From Octopus sinensis (taxonomy: Eukaryota), in the NCBI RefSeq assembly GCF_006345805.1, contig NC_043000.1, positions 155,930,001-155,994,000 on the forward strand: a stretch of DNA of 64,000 nt, read 5' to 3'. Position numbers and translations under genes: made by a program. The notes under the pieces were generated by a model, which worked only from the letters and a program-made list of their open reading frames with translations, made no database searches and was not told the origin of the DNA. Positions 37,630-48,779 of the stretch are shown here, in pieces; position 1 is the stretch's first letter, and every line of letters begins with the position of its first letter.

Positions 37630-38047
37630 TCCTCATCATCGTTTAACATCCGTTTTTCATGCTAGCATGGGTTGGACGGTTCAACTGGGGTCTAGGAAGC
37701 CAGAAGGCTGCGCCAGGCCCAGTCTGATCTGGCAGTGTTTCTGCGGCTGGATGCCCTTCCTAACGCCAACCACTCCGAGAGCGTAGTGGGTGCTTTTTAT
37801 GTGCCACCTGCACAGGTGCTAGACGAGGCTGGCAAACGGCCACGATCGGATGGTGCTTTTTATGTGCTACCGGCACAGGGGCCAGACGAGGCTGGCAACG
37901 GCCACAATCGGATGGTGCTTTTTACGTGCCACCGGCACGGAGGCCAGTCGGGGCGGCGGATGTGAAGGATATACAAAGGTTGGAAACAAATGAAGCAAGC
38001 ATGCTTCAGTGGATGTGTAATGGGAGCACAAATAAATGACAGCATTC
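37630..38047 (-). mobile_element. RTE-E 3' UTR copy abutting an oppositely oriented RTE ORF2 fragment
   Basis: UTR on the minus strand at 37630-37965; plus-strand DVKDIQRLETNEASMLQWMCN at 37966-38047. Confidence 0.8.
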
Positions 38048-38412
38048 ATCAGAGGTCTTAGTCAATGTGTATAAAGATGAAGACTGCAATGATACAGATA
38101 TGTGGTGCATACAAAGAATGATATGTGGGTGAAAGATATCAAATGATACAAGAAGAAGGAGCCTGCATGGAGGGAAAATCGAAAAAAGACATCAGCATAA
38201 GTGGTGAGACAGATATCAGAATGAGGAGCAACACAACGGGGAATAAGGAAGGACTGCAACATATGAAGAGACACAGAGTTAAAATAGACCCATCCAACCC
38301 CTTGCTGGTTTGGAAAAGAAAACATAAAGACGATGAGAATGAAGAGAACAATGATGCGGATGGTGACAATGAATGCTCTGAATGCAATAAGATCAACACA
38401 GGTATGACTTAC

Positions 38413-38619
38413 AGTGATGTTTTCATTACACACTGAAGAACACACACACGGACCCTGACTCGTCATACAAATATGTGTTATGCCACACTGAACGTCCAGG
38501 TAGGAATGGCCATAAAGAACCACACTGACAGCAAGGCCACCTGCCTCCACAAAGATGAAAGGTCGAAACAAGACCCGACTTGGACCAAAATGCACAGCCT
38601 CCCTTACAGTCTCCGTCAA
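38413..38619 (-). CDS. VPS13B: VPS13B exon (207 nt)
   Basis: Acceptor ttttccag, donor GTAAGT; LTETVREAVHFGP...NENIT; phase 0 to 0. Confidence 0.9.
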
Positions 38620-38691
38620 CTGGAAAAGAAAATAGTAACATTAATTTTCAGTCTTAATCATCTGAATATTTACAAACATAAAATACTTTAA

Positions 38692-38912
38692 CCCTTTTGT
38701 CACTGTATTTCTGTTGAGATGCTCTGTGTTTCTTTCAAATACTTTAAATATTAGAAAGAATTTAGTAAAATAACTTAGTTATCATTAAGCTAGTGTTAGG
38801 AACATAAATTGTGACTAAGGTTTGGTGGAAGATTTTAATTCAAAACTTATGAAAACAAGACATTTGTACTACAGAGCCAGAGGTGGTTTCAACCAGGTTG
38901 ATATCAAAAGGG
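38692..38912. mobile_element. piggyBac-type MITE
   Basis: TTAA|CCCTTTTG...CAAAAGGG|TTAA. Confidence 0.88.
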
Positions 38913-38943
38913 TTAAGAATTGTTTCTCTATTATATATTTTAA

Positions 38944-39163
38944 CCCTTCTGTTACCATATTTCTGTTGAGATGCTCTGTGTTTCTTTCAAATACTTTAAA
39001 TATAAGAAAGAATTTAGTAAAATAACTTAGATATCATTCAGCTAGTGTCAGGAATATAAATTGTGGCTAAGGTTTGGTGGAAGATTTTAATTCAGAACTT
39101 TTGTAAACAAGACATTTATACTCAGAGCCAGAGCCAGTTTCAGCTGGATTGGTATCAAAAGGG
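38944..39163. mobile_element. piggyBac-type MITE, second copy about 30 bp downstream in the same orientation
   Basis: TTAA|CCCTTCTG...CAAAAGGG|TTAA; body collinear with the first copy. Confidence 0.88.
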
Positions 39164-39960
39164 TTAACAATTTCATTTACATAAGACAGATATCATTCTT
39201 TTATTCCTTAACTTGTTCCATTTGATAGTGGCCATGTTGGAGCACCACCATGAGAGGTTTTTAAGACTGGTACAAAGCAATGTCTATATTAGCTTTGCGT
39301 AATTAGCAGTTGTCCATTGACCATTAGCGAAATGGAAGAAAATGGCTACAACTGGGTATTAAACTATGTCAAGGACTTGACTAGCTGAGAGTTAATCTCT
39401 GCTCTGCTGTGTTTGCAAACTATAAGAATAATAGGGACCAGCAGCAGATGGTCCCTGTTAGTACATGACCTCTTAATAGAGGCCACATAGAATCCATCAC
39501 TCTGAGCTAATAAAACATTTATCAATAACACAGTGACAGCTTTACAATAAGGAGTAATGAAGTATAATATCATCTATTTACAGCCAAATTATTGCTGTTT
39601 ATTCTCTGCTCAGCCCCCAGATTCAGCAGATGTATATAATCAAAGGTATTGCAGCCGTGACCATCACATCAGTTTTCCTTTTTTTTTTTTCTTTAAAACT
39701 ACATTACCTAATATATCTTCGCTTTTTAAGATCATAGGGTATGATTTGAACCAGGCATCACTAGTATTTATAGCATGATGTGTGAACACAGAAGGTTCCT
39801 CATTAGCTGGTTTACAGTTGGGTGAATTGAACAAGAAAAAGTGAAGTACATCAACAAAATGAAGCAACTTTCTTTTCCAAGTAAAAAATTAAATAGAATT
39901 TTTAAAAAATGTTTTCAAGAATTCCAATAAAATATAAGGGAAAATTAAACTAAGACAAAC

Positions 39961-40172
39961 CTTTAACATGACAGATGCATTTTTTATATAAAATCCTATA
40001 CACAGCACAGCAGGAGATGGCTTTCTTCGAGGTTTATTTAAGGAGTCTTCCTCCTCGTCTTCTTCTTCATAATCTTCTGGTAATATTTGAGGAACAAAAG
40101 ACCATGCCCAAGATGCCCAACCTTGATCATCATATTCTGAAATGGCAGATTCTTCCTGGCTTTCTGCCAAGA
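39961..40172 (-). CDS. VPS13B: VPS13B exon (212 nt)
   Basis: Acceptor tatttag, donor AAG|GTTTGT; encodes QGWASWAWSFVPQ...IGFYIK; phase 1 to 0. Confidence 0.95.
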
Positions 40173-40986
40173 CTAAATATAAGAGAAATTGGAATTTTTT
40201 AGGATAGTTTCTTGAAATTCTAATAATAATTTACGTTGATTATTTTTTGATCACACAATACTTTCTACTATAGGTGCAAGGCCTGAAATTTTGGAGTAAG
40301 GGGACAAATCGATTACCTCAACCCCAGTATTCAACTGGTATTTATTTTAATGACTTGAAAGGATGAAGGACAAAGTGGACTTAGGTAGAATTTGCACTAA
40401 AAAAATTTGGATACATTAAATGTGATGTTGAATACAGAACACATATAAATATAAGAGAAAGAGCCCACAAACGTGGATTTCTATACATCAAATGTGATGC
40501 CGAATACAAGACATAACAACAGAGAAGAAAAATACAAAAGCTACAGGGTAACTAGAACCCACATCTCTTAGTATCTCTAAGCATTTACCAATTTTATCAT
40601 TGCTTTCCTGCTGTTTTTCAGCTTTATAAGTCTATGCAATGTATTCAGATCAATCTATTTCAATTGCTTTCACTTACAGTTAAGACAAGAAACTTGAAAA
40701 AAGTTTGTTTCTGAACAAAATTTCATAGCTATTTACATTTAGCATTACCCCAGAAAGGAAACTTACCAATTCCTTAAAATATTTTAAGGAACAAATATAA
40801 TGTATATGACTTTCAGTTTCATTTGTTTACTATGTGTGTTGATCTGAGATTGTGGTTTAAGACTCAAACAACTCTATTGGGGTTGAGTTATTCTAGGCAT
40901 TAAAAACAAATATACAATGTTATATTCACTTTTGCATTATGATTAGTTCATAATAGTAAGAATATATATATAAATATATATATACG

Positions 40987-41274
40987 TATAATAGGGATAA
41001 CCACTAAGTGGACATCCAATATGCTAGAAGAAGATCACTTACAATCTAACTACAAAGAAAAGGATGTTCTCTAGAGAAATTTAGCAAACACAAGAACATA
41101 AGCGGGTAAGACAGATGAAAATATACAAAATACAGAATTAATCATAGACCGGTTTCACCATTATCAATTTTACTTATGTAATCATCGCCCGTGGACTCTT
41201 CAGTACGATCATTCCAATTCAATATAATTTATAGAACTATACACGAGAACAACTTAGTGGTTATCCCTATTATA
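40987..41274 (-). mobile_element. 288-bp element with 23-bp terminal inverted repeats (Penelope pseudo-LTR-like), carrying the hammerhead motif
   Basis: tataatagggataaccactaagt (40987-41009) is the exact reverse complement of 41252-41274; the left flank is a (TA)n tract. Confidence 0.7.
41135..41215 (-). ncRNA. Type I hammerhead ribozyme motif (Penelope-type, minimal stem III)
   Basis: Minus strand reads GATCGTA-CTGAAGA-(40 nt)-GAAAC-CG-GTC-TATGATT. The core is complete, stem I pairs over 7 bp (2 G.U) and the stem III loop is the palindrome ACCGGT. Stem II is imperfect. Confidence 0.65.
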
Positions 41275-41399
41275 AGCATGTATTAAAATTTTTCTGAATT
41301 TTCAGATTTTTCTATATGCTAGGCTACTGGTTTTAAATTGATGTTAATTAAATTAATATTCAATTTATCACCCTCGTTATTTAAATTTTATATATATAT

Positions 41400-41567
41400 A
41401 TCATCATCATCATCATCGTTTAGCATCCGCTTTCCATGCTGGCATGGGTTGGACGGTGCAACTGGTGTCTGGGAAGCCAGAAGGCTGCACCAGGCCCAGT
41501 CTGATCTGGCAATGTTTCTACGGCTGGATGCCCTTCCTAACGCCAACCACTCCATGAGTGTAGTGGG
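41400..41567 (-). mobile_element. RTE-E terminal fragment
   Basis: Terminal domain only; cut by a SINE with a C head. Confidence 0.85.
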
Positions 41568-41844
41568 TCTAGGGCAGCGGACTCACGGTCGTAGGATCGT
41601 GGTTTCGATTCCCAGACCGGGTGTTGTGAGTGTTTATTGAGCAAAAACACCTAAAAGCTCCACGAGGCTCCGGCAGGGGGTGGTGATCCCTGCTGTACTC
41701 CTTCACCACTCTTTCTCCTACTCTTTCTTCTGTTGGCCTGCTCGCTTAGCCAGCGGGGTGGCATCATTCGAAGGCTAAAACAATGCGAACACATTGTGAC
41801 CAGCGATGTGTAGCAACATCTGATGGTCTGGTCAGTCACGTGAT

Positions 41845-41850
<6 letters not shown>
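41568..41850 (+). mobile_element. SINE with a C head and a different body ending CACGTGATCACGTGA-(TA)n
   Basis: Matches SINE-C up to gtactc...caccac, then is unrelated to it. Confidence 0.75.
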
Positions 41851-41889
<39 letters not shown>

Positions 41890-42964
41890 TATGCATCAAA
41901 ATGTTTCATCATTCATTTAAAGGCTGGTCTCTGATAGTCTACTTCTCAATGTCACAGGAAGTTCAGGAATTCCACTATGTTACTTTGTTGTTTTATACAT
42001 ATTGCAATCCATAAATTAAACAACAAATTACCTTATTAACAAGCTGGTAATATGACAATAGTGTAGATACATAATATCAAACAACATAGGGCAGTTCAAG
42101 AATATGATTCTATGTTCTCCAGAAAGTTTTGGTCATTCTTCAGAACCTTTTGATATTAAGTAGAATACCATCTAGCCTCATGCATACTGCTGGACTCAGC
42201 ACCTGCACCTAAAATCCTTGTAGATGCTCTCGGTAATACACAGGAAGTAGTCAGTGAAAAATAGAAGCACCACAACACACCAGTTTTACAATAGTTTATA
42301 TGTAGAAATGTTTAGACTTTGATTGATCTTTGATTATCCAAATATAATTTCATTGCAAATTCTAGTAAAATTAATGATGGGGCATATTAAGTAGCACAGA
42401 ATGTAGAATATCTCAGTGTTATAAGCCTTGGATAAGTAAATAAAGATTATAAAAAGGAAGAAGACTCACACGTTGATGATTAGATTAGATTATTTCCAAA
42501 AGTCACACAAAGTGCTTTCATAATACTGTACAACATTTCTACATTATATCATCATAGCTGTCAACATAATCTGCTAAATTAACAGATAAATGTCTCCAGC
42601 TATTATTACAGAAGAATTTGTCATATTAATGATAAATAGGTACTATAACAGCATCAAGTTATTAGGGAATATAATATTTTCATTGCATACAGGCTGTTTG
42701 GGTAGCATGATGGATACTATCTACATCACCATGAGTTTAACTGAATCCACAATAAGTTAAGACCTAAGACGAGGGAAGTAACCCTACTAGCTTCATTTCT
42801 GCTGCAAGGTTGCAGGTGCCATGCACAATTCAGTGGTTAGTGGCAGGAAGAGCATCCTGCTAGAAAAACAATTGCTCCAACAAAAATAATTTCAGTTATC
42901 CAATATGGGGCAACATTTCTACAAAAAGCAAAGAGAAAAAAAAAATTCAATAAAAACCACTTAC

Positions 42965-43889
42965 CTGCTGACTGCCGAAAAACTTCTTGTGAATCAGGTT
43001 CCACATTACTGTCGCTGTCTTCATTTGGTAATTGCAAGGTTCCATAGTAGAGTGCCAAACACAGCTCAATAAGCCTGACAACAAGGGGTAGCTGTAGGTC
43101 TGTCAGAGACACATCAAGTTTCTCACAAAGGATGTTCACTTTGGTAATTAATGGCAACTTAGAGTGAGGACTTTGGTAGGTCAGGTGCATACGACAACTG
43201 AGGGAACAACGATACAGTAGTGGCTCCTGGTAAATTTCAATTCGACCACTGCTATCACATTTGTCTAAACAAACTGTCAAGTCACAAAAATTTATCACTT
43301 TTCGTAAAATCAGTTCAGCTGGAGTGACCTCAACGAATGCCCGGTTCCAGCCAGGGCTGACACTGTAGCACTCTGCAGACTTGACATTTACAGACAAAAC
43401 AATGTCATCTTCGACAAACTTCAGTATGAGATTATTAACAATAATATTGACATTGTTGATGACTTTGTTGACAAGGCTCTGAAGGTACCCAGGTGGAAGC
43501 TCTTCCTCTACAGGTTGCCTCTTAGGCTTAATCTTTAAAGTCTGTGGTGTAGACCTGGTAGAGCTCTCTGATTTAGAACTTCTCTTGTCACTATCCCAAG
43601 TGCTATCTTTTAACCTGACAATACATTCAATGGTGTTGACAGTAATCACAACAGGTTCCGATCCAAGCCGTGTCCATGGTACATGAAGATGAAGTTCATG
43701 GATGTGTCCACTTTTGAAGCTGATAGGTAAATTAATTGCTTGTTCAAGGGCATCGAGCCGCAAATTAAGGTTGTTCAAAACAGCATCCCCACCCCAGAGG
43801 GACAGCTGGAAATCTTCAGGACGTAGTTTCACATACTTATCTACATATCCCATCAAGAGTGGGGCAATATAGGACTCAATCTTGAACAT
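42965..43889 (-). CDS. VPS13B: VPS13B first coding exon (925 nt CDS; exon starts at 43926 after acceptor ttttcag)
   Basis: ATG at 43889; chorein-N domain; donor CAG|GTAAGT at 42964; ends phase 1. Confidence 0.97.
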
Positions 43890-44005
43890 AGTGACTCAGT
43901 CTTAGGAAAGTTCAAGGTAGATAACACTGAAAAACAAAAATTAATTATGTTACAAGTAGCATGTACAGGTGTGTGTGTGTGTCTGTGTGTCACACAGGAG
44001 ATATA

Positions 44006-44201
44006 TACTCTTTACTCTTTTACTTGTTTCAGTCATTTGACTTCGGCCATGCTGGAGTACCGCCTTTAGTGGAGCAAATCAACCCCGGGACTTATTCTTT
44101 GTAAGCCCAGTACTTATTCTATCGATCTCCTTTGCCGAACCACTAAGTGATGGTGGCGTAAACACACCAGCATCAGTTGTCAAGCAATGCTAGGGGGACA
44201 A

Positions 44202-44238
<37 letters not shown>

Positions 44239-44413
44239 CATATATATACGACAGGCTTCTTTCAGTATCCGTCTACCAAATCCACTCACAAGGCATTGGT
44301 CGGCCTGAGGCTATAGCAGAAGACACTTGCCCATGATGCCATGCAGTGGGACTGAACCCAGAACCATGTGGTTGGTTAGCAAGCTACTTACCACATAGCC
44401 ACTCCTGCGCCTA
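44006..44413 (-). mobile_element. SINE-A
   Basis: Same family; lies just upstream of the first coding exon's acceptor. Confidence 0.92.
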
Positions 44414-44589
44414 TATATGGTAAATAATATAAAATCAGCAGCAGCATTTATTTTTCAATGTTGACACAGTTTAGATGGACTTGTAATAGATTCCCTCAGA
44501 AATTGAACCCCTAAAAATTTGCACCCCTCTTCAATTCTGTGCTGACTCTTTTACTGTATTTTGTTACTTTTGGAAAGAGTCATAGTTCA

Positions 44590-45370
44590 ATGAATTAGGA
44601 AGAAAGTTAGACAAAGATGAGATGCAGTTTGGTTCTGTGCTTGGAAGAAGAATTATTGATTCTCCCTTCCTGGTAAGGCAACTGCAGAAGTATTTGGCTG
44701 AGAGCAAATTGCTGCACTCGGCTTTCACTGACCGGGAGAAAACCATCAACGCGATTCCTCACTTCCTCACTCTGGTTGCTACTGCTGCGAGAGCTACAAG
44801 TAGATAAGTGACTGGTGAGAGCCTTCTAAATCAATAAGGCAAGATATATCAATGAGTACAGTGAATAGTTTAATGTGCAGGTAAGTGATCACCAGGGCTC
44901 AGCTCTCAGTTCCTTCTTACTCTCGAAAGAGCTGTTCTTCACTCCTGCTCCAGAGCGTCGGCTGCGGGGTCATTCCAAAAAGCTCTATCTGCGACAATTT
45001 CATCTCAATCGAAGGAGAGGAGCTTTCTCCGTCCGGGTTGCGGATCCGTGGAATAAGCTGCCGGACGAGATGGTGAAGATGCCGACGACCACTCGGTTCA
45101 AAGTCTCCCTTGACCTCAAGTGGCCTGAACTCTTTACATGAACACCACCCTGTACATAACTCCATGTCCCCCTACATGGCCTTGCTTTTTTGCTTTTTGA
45201 GCCAAAAAATTAACTAACTAACTAACTAACTACTTATCAATATCCTCAAACAGGGAAGTTTAAAACTAGTTGTTCAGGGGAACTCCTCTATGTTCTTATA
45301 ACTGAATCTGTACTAGAATTAGAAAAGAAATTTCAGGTGTGGACACAAAACTTGAGGGACAAAGGACCAA
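44590..45370 (+). mobile_element. Degenerate RTE-clade reverse-transcriptase fragment (interrupted by CR1)
   Basis: EMQFG...FLVRQLQ-KYLA, VQVSDHQGSALS, ELLY and ELEKKFQVW motifs, with stops and frameshifts. Confidence 0.85.
44913..45230 (+). mobile_element. CR1 family 1 3' fragment nested in an RTE reverse-transcriptase relic
   Basis: SKELFFTPAPERRLRGHSKKL...KWPELFT, then (CTAA)n; RTE coding sequence continues on both sides. Confidence 0.92.
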
Positions 45371-45627
45371 GTTGACTGGCAATTCACCAGGCTCAAGAAG
45401 ACACATCCATCTCAGCAAAAAAATGAGGTCCTAAAGGCATATTGTGTATGCCTATGGCCCCACACCCAATCTATGCCTGATAAATCTTCTCCATGACTCA
45501 TTTTTGTAACATCTGTCCCTCCTTTACCCTTCTAACTACAGCACTATTTCCTCCATATCCCACTTTTGTGTACTGCTGCCTATCACCTCCTCCTTGACTC
45601 ACTATTATTCACCTTTACCTTATATAT

Positions 45628-45935
45628 ATCATCATCATCATCATTTAGCATCTGCTTTCGATGCTAGCACGGGTTGGACGGTTCAACTGGGGTCTGTGAA
45701 GCCAGAAGGCTGCATCAGGCCCAGTCAGATCCGGCAGTGTTTCTACGGCTGGATGCCCTTCCTAACGCCAACCACACTGTGAGTGTAGTGGGTGCTTTTT
45801 ACGTGCCACCCGCACAGGTGCCAGACAGAGCTGGCAAACGGCCACAGACGGATGGTGCTTTTTATGTGCCACTAGCACGGGGGCCAGGCAAGGCTGGCAA
45901 CGGCCACGATCGGATGGTGCTTTTTACGTGCCACG
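45628..45935 (-). mobile_element. RTE-E 3' UTR copy
   Basis: Same terminus. Confidence 0.85.
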
Positions 45936-45949
45936 TAAATATATATATA

Positions 45950-46592
45950 TATACTGTTGTGTCTGGGGAGAGTCATTTTCTTTTTGTGCCTTATAATTTA
46001 ACAGACTCACCGGTAAAATTTCCACTTTTTCCTTATTTTTATTTTCCTAAAATTTTTGTTGCGTCTTGCAACCTTTTCAATAGTTTTGACTCTGTCTGTT
46101 ATTTACAATGCGTTCATTTTTTGTTTGTTTGTGCGCATGTGTGTGGGTCAGTGTGTGTGTGTGTGTGCTTATGCATGCATGCATGTATGTATGCATGCAT
46201 GTACGTATGTATGTGTGTGTTTGCATATGTATATATGTATGTGTGTGTGTGTGTGTGCTTATGCATGCATGCATGTATGTATGCATGCATGTACGTATGT
46301 ATGTGTGTGTTTGCATGTGTATATATGTATGTGTGTGTGTGTGTGTGCATCTGTATGTACGTATCCTGCATATTTATGTGCTTGCATGTCCGTGTTTGTG
46401 TATTTTCTATGTATGTGTGTGTGTATTAGCATGTGTCTGTATATGTATGCACCTCTGTCTCCTTGTGTGTGCATGTGTGCGTGTGCGTGTGTGTTATGCA
46501 ACTATGTACTATGTTTGTATGTATGGATGTGCATCTTTATATTTTAGGACAATAAAAATAAGAAAAAAGTGGAAATTTTACCGGTGAGTGTG
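45950..46592. repeat. ~50-bp inverted arms around a compound (CA/TA/ATGC) microsatellite with a 90-bp internal tandem duplication
   Basis: actcaccggtaaaatttccacttttt...cctaaaat (about 46005-46053) is inverted at about 46540-46590; the 90-bp units start at 46161 and 46251. A Penelope pseudo-LTR origin is a guess. Confidence 0.7.
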
Positions 46593-47062
46593 CCGAACTG
46601 CAGTTTGTCAAGCATGGTCTACAGCTGATCAGTGCTCTCCACTATCAGCTCTATATCATCAGCAAATCTTAGATGGGAGAGCAGCTCTCCCTTTATCCTT
46701 ATGCCTTCATTCCAGTTCATGTCTCATGAAAAGCATCAGAGAGATGGTGTCTCCTTGCTCGACGTCCTTCTCCATCGGAACATTCACTGATGAGGATAAC
46801 AGGGCCATATCCGTTGTGCACCTGGTATTTGCCTCCCTAAGAAGGGTGATGTATTGTGTTGTCACACCTTGTTTCCTGAGCGCTTGCTGCAGTACTGCGT
46901 TGACTTCAATGCTATCTCTTGCTCATTCCAGCAATTGCATTCAAGTAAATATATGATCTACAGTGCTGTACTTCTTTCTGAACTCTGCCTGTTTCTCTGG
47001 TTGCTGCTCATCCAGTTGTTGAGATAATCATTCAGCAATTACCATCATGAACAGCTTGATAT
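46590..47062 (-). mobile_element. Degenerate RTE-type reverse-transcriptase fragment
   Basis: QAEFRKKYSTVDHIF, DVEQGDTIS, GIRIKGELLSHLRFADDI. Confidence 0.85.
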
Positions 47063-47193
47063 ATAATATATATATATATACATTACATATACTATCAATA
47101 TCAACATCATCATTTAATACTTGTTTTCCATGCTAGCATGAGTTAGACTTATATATACCTACTTACACATACACACATATATTTATTTATATA

Positions 47194-47500
47194 CTAGCAG
47201 TATCGCCCGGCGTTGCTCGGGTTTGTAAGGGAAATAACTATATAAGCATTTTTAGAAAGTTACTTCTCTTATATAACCCGAGCAAAAATCATTAAAAATG
47301 CGGAAAAATGATGGTAAATTTTTTTTTAAATCATAGACTCATCGTAGACGCGTGCTAATACCCAGAAGGGCTCGATATGAATGACGACTATAAGATACCC
47401 GCTTTTGGTTAAACTGCACCGCAAAATGTGGGAGTAGTTAGGAATTTAAATCGGAGGAGACAGAGTCTCATACACACAACTTCAATTTTATATATAAAGG
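47194..47500 (-). mobile_element. Non-autonomous Helitron
   Basis: Same family; CTAG|T end, with the 5' TC mutated to CC. Confidence 0.88.
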
Positions 47501-47987
47501 TATGATACACACATTTATGTCTTAATAGGCATCACCTGCCCAAGAATTGTCACACCTTATCTTCACAAAGATGAATAAGTGTAAATTAAATAACATACAA
47601 AGTAAATTGTTGATTTTACTGAAATTAGCTCCAATTCCATATATGTCATGAACTGGTTATTGTTATCAAAATTAGTAGCGTTCTGCTAGTATCAGCTATA
47701 AAAAAGGCTCCATCACAATAAGCAGGTTCCCATAATAATAACAAGGATGATTTTAAATTTTGGTTCAAAGCAAGCAATTTTGGGGGAAAGGACTAGTCCA
47801 TTACATCAACCCCGGTGCTCAACTGGTACTTATTTTATCGACCCTGAAAGGATGAAAGGCAAAGTCAATCACAATGGAATAATAATAATAATCCTTTCTA
47901 CTGGAAGCACAAAGGCCTCAGATTTGGGGGATGGGATTAGGTTGAATACATCAACTCCAGTGTGTAACTGGTACTTATTTAATCGAC

Positions 47988-48199
47988 AAGGCGGCGAGCT
48001 GGCAGAAACGTTAGCATGTCGGGCGAAATGCTTAGCGGTATTTCGTCTGTCGTTACGTTGTGAGTTCAAATTCCGCCGAGATCGACTTTACCTTTCATCC
48101 TTTCGGGGTCGATAAATTAAGTACTGGGGTCGATGTAATCGACTTAATACCTATGTCTGTCCCCTCTGTGTTTAGTCCCTTGCGGGTAATAAAGAAATA
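47988..48199 (+). mobile_element. SINE-B nested antisense in an older SINE-B2
   Basis: 18-bp TSD ggtacttatttaatcgac at 47970-47987 and 48200-48217. Confidence 0.93.
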
Positions 48200-48429
48200 G
48201 GTACTTATTTAATCGACCCTGAAAGGATAGAAGGCAAAGTTGACCTTGTGTAGAATTTGAACTAAGGACATAGCAGCAGACAAAATTCCGTTAAGCATTT
48301 TGCCTGGCATGCTAACATTTCTGCCAGTTCACCACAATGATAATAATAATGATAATGATGATGATTTTGGTACAAAGTTAGCAAGTTCAGGGAAGGGGTT
48401 AAGTTGATTATATTGACCCCAATGTTTAA

Positions 48430-48655
48430 CTGGCAGAAACGTTAGCACGCCGGGCAAAATGCTTCGCGGCATTTCGTCTGCCGTTACGTTCTGAGTTCAA
48501 GTTCCCCCGAGGTCGACTTTGCCTTTCATCCTTTTGAGGTCAATTAAATAAGTACCAGTTACACACTGGGGTTGATGTAATCGACTTAATCTGTTTGTCT
48601 TTCCTTGTTTGTCCTCTCTGTGTTTAGCCCCTTGTGGCTAGTAAAGAAATAGGTA
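48430..48655 (+). mobile_element. SINE-B nested antisense in an older SINE-B2
   Basis: Host sequence resumes after the tail (gtatttattttagcaatccc...gatgaaaggc); ctgg microhomology at the 5' junction. Confidence 0.9.
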
Positions 48656-48779
48656 TTTATTTTAGCAATCCCAAATGGATGAAAGGCAAAGTTGACCTCA
48701 GAATGTAAAGACAAATGAAATGTTGCTAAGCATTTTGCCCAACGCAGTAACAATTCTGCTAACTTGCTGCCTTTTCGCC

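Larger units (their letters stand above)
1..43926 (-). other. VPS13B: VPS13B gene, 5' half (21 coding exons in window, runs off the left edge; non-coding first exon not located)
   Basis: The N-terminus MFKIESYIAPLLMGYVDKYVKLRPEDFQLSLWGGDAVL...SGHIHELHLHVPWTRLGSEPVVIT is the VPS13 chorein-N signature of the VPS13B type. Later exons give collinear VPS13B motifs (GWASWAWSFVP, YLTNSLFD, HEYEPY, QADNPL...PGSAIEDRQYQ, PALEWN, LEVNVTT). Every intron is GT-AG and the phases chain without a stop. Confidence 0.96.

Noticed and set aside
522-42964. U12-type or non-canonical introns
   Set aside because: All 20 donors are GT with U2-type context; none reads GTATCCTT or ATATCCTT.
46056-46587. Long Cys/Val/His-rich ORFs
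   Set aside because: They are translations of CA/TG/ATGC microsatellite; the same applies to the poly-Ile ORFs at 10726 and 35606.
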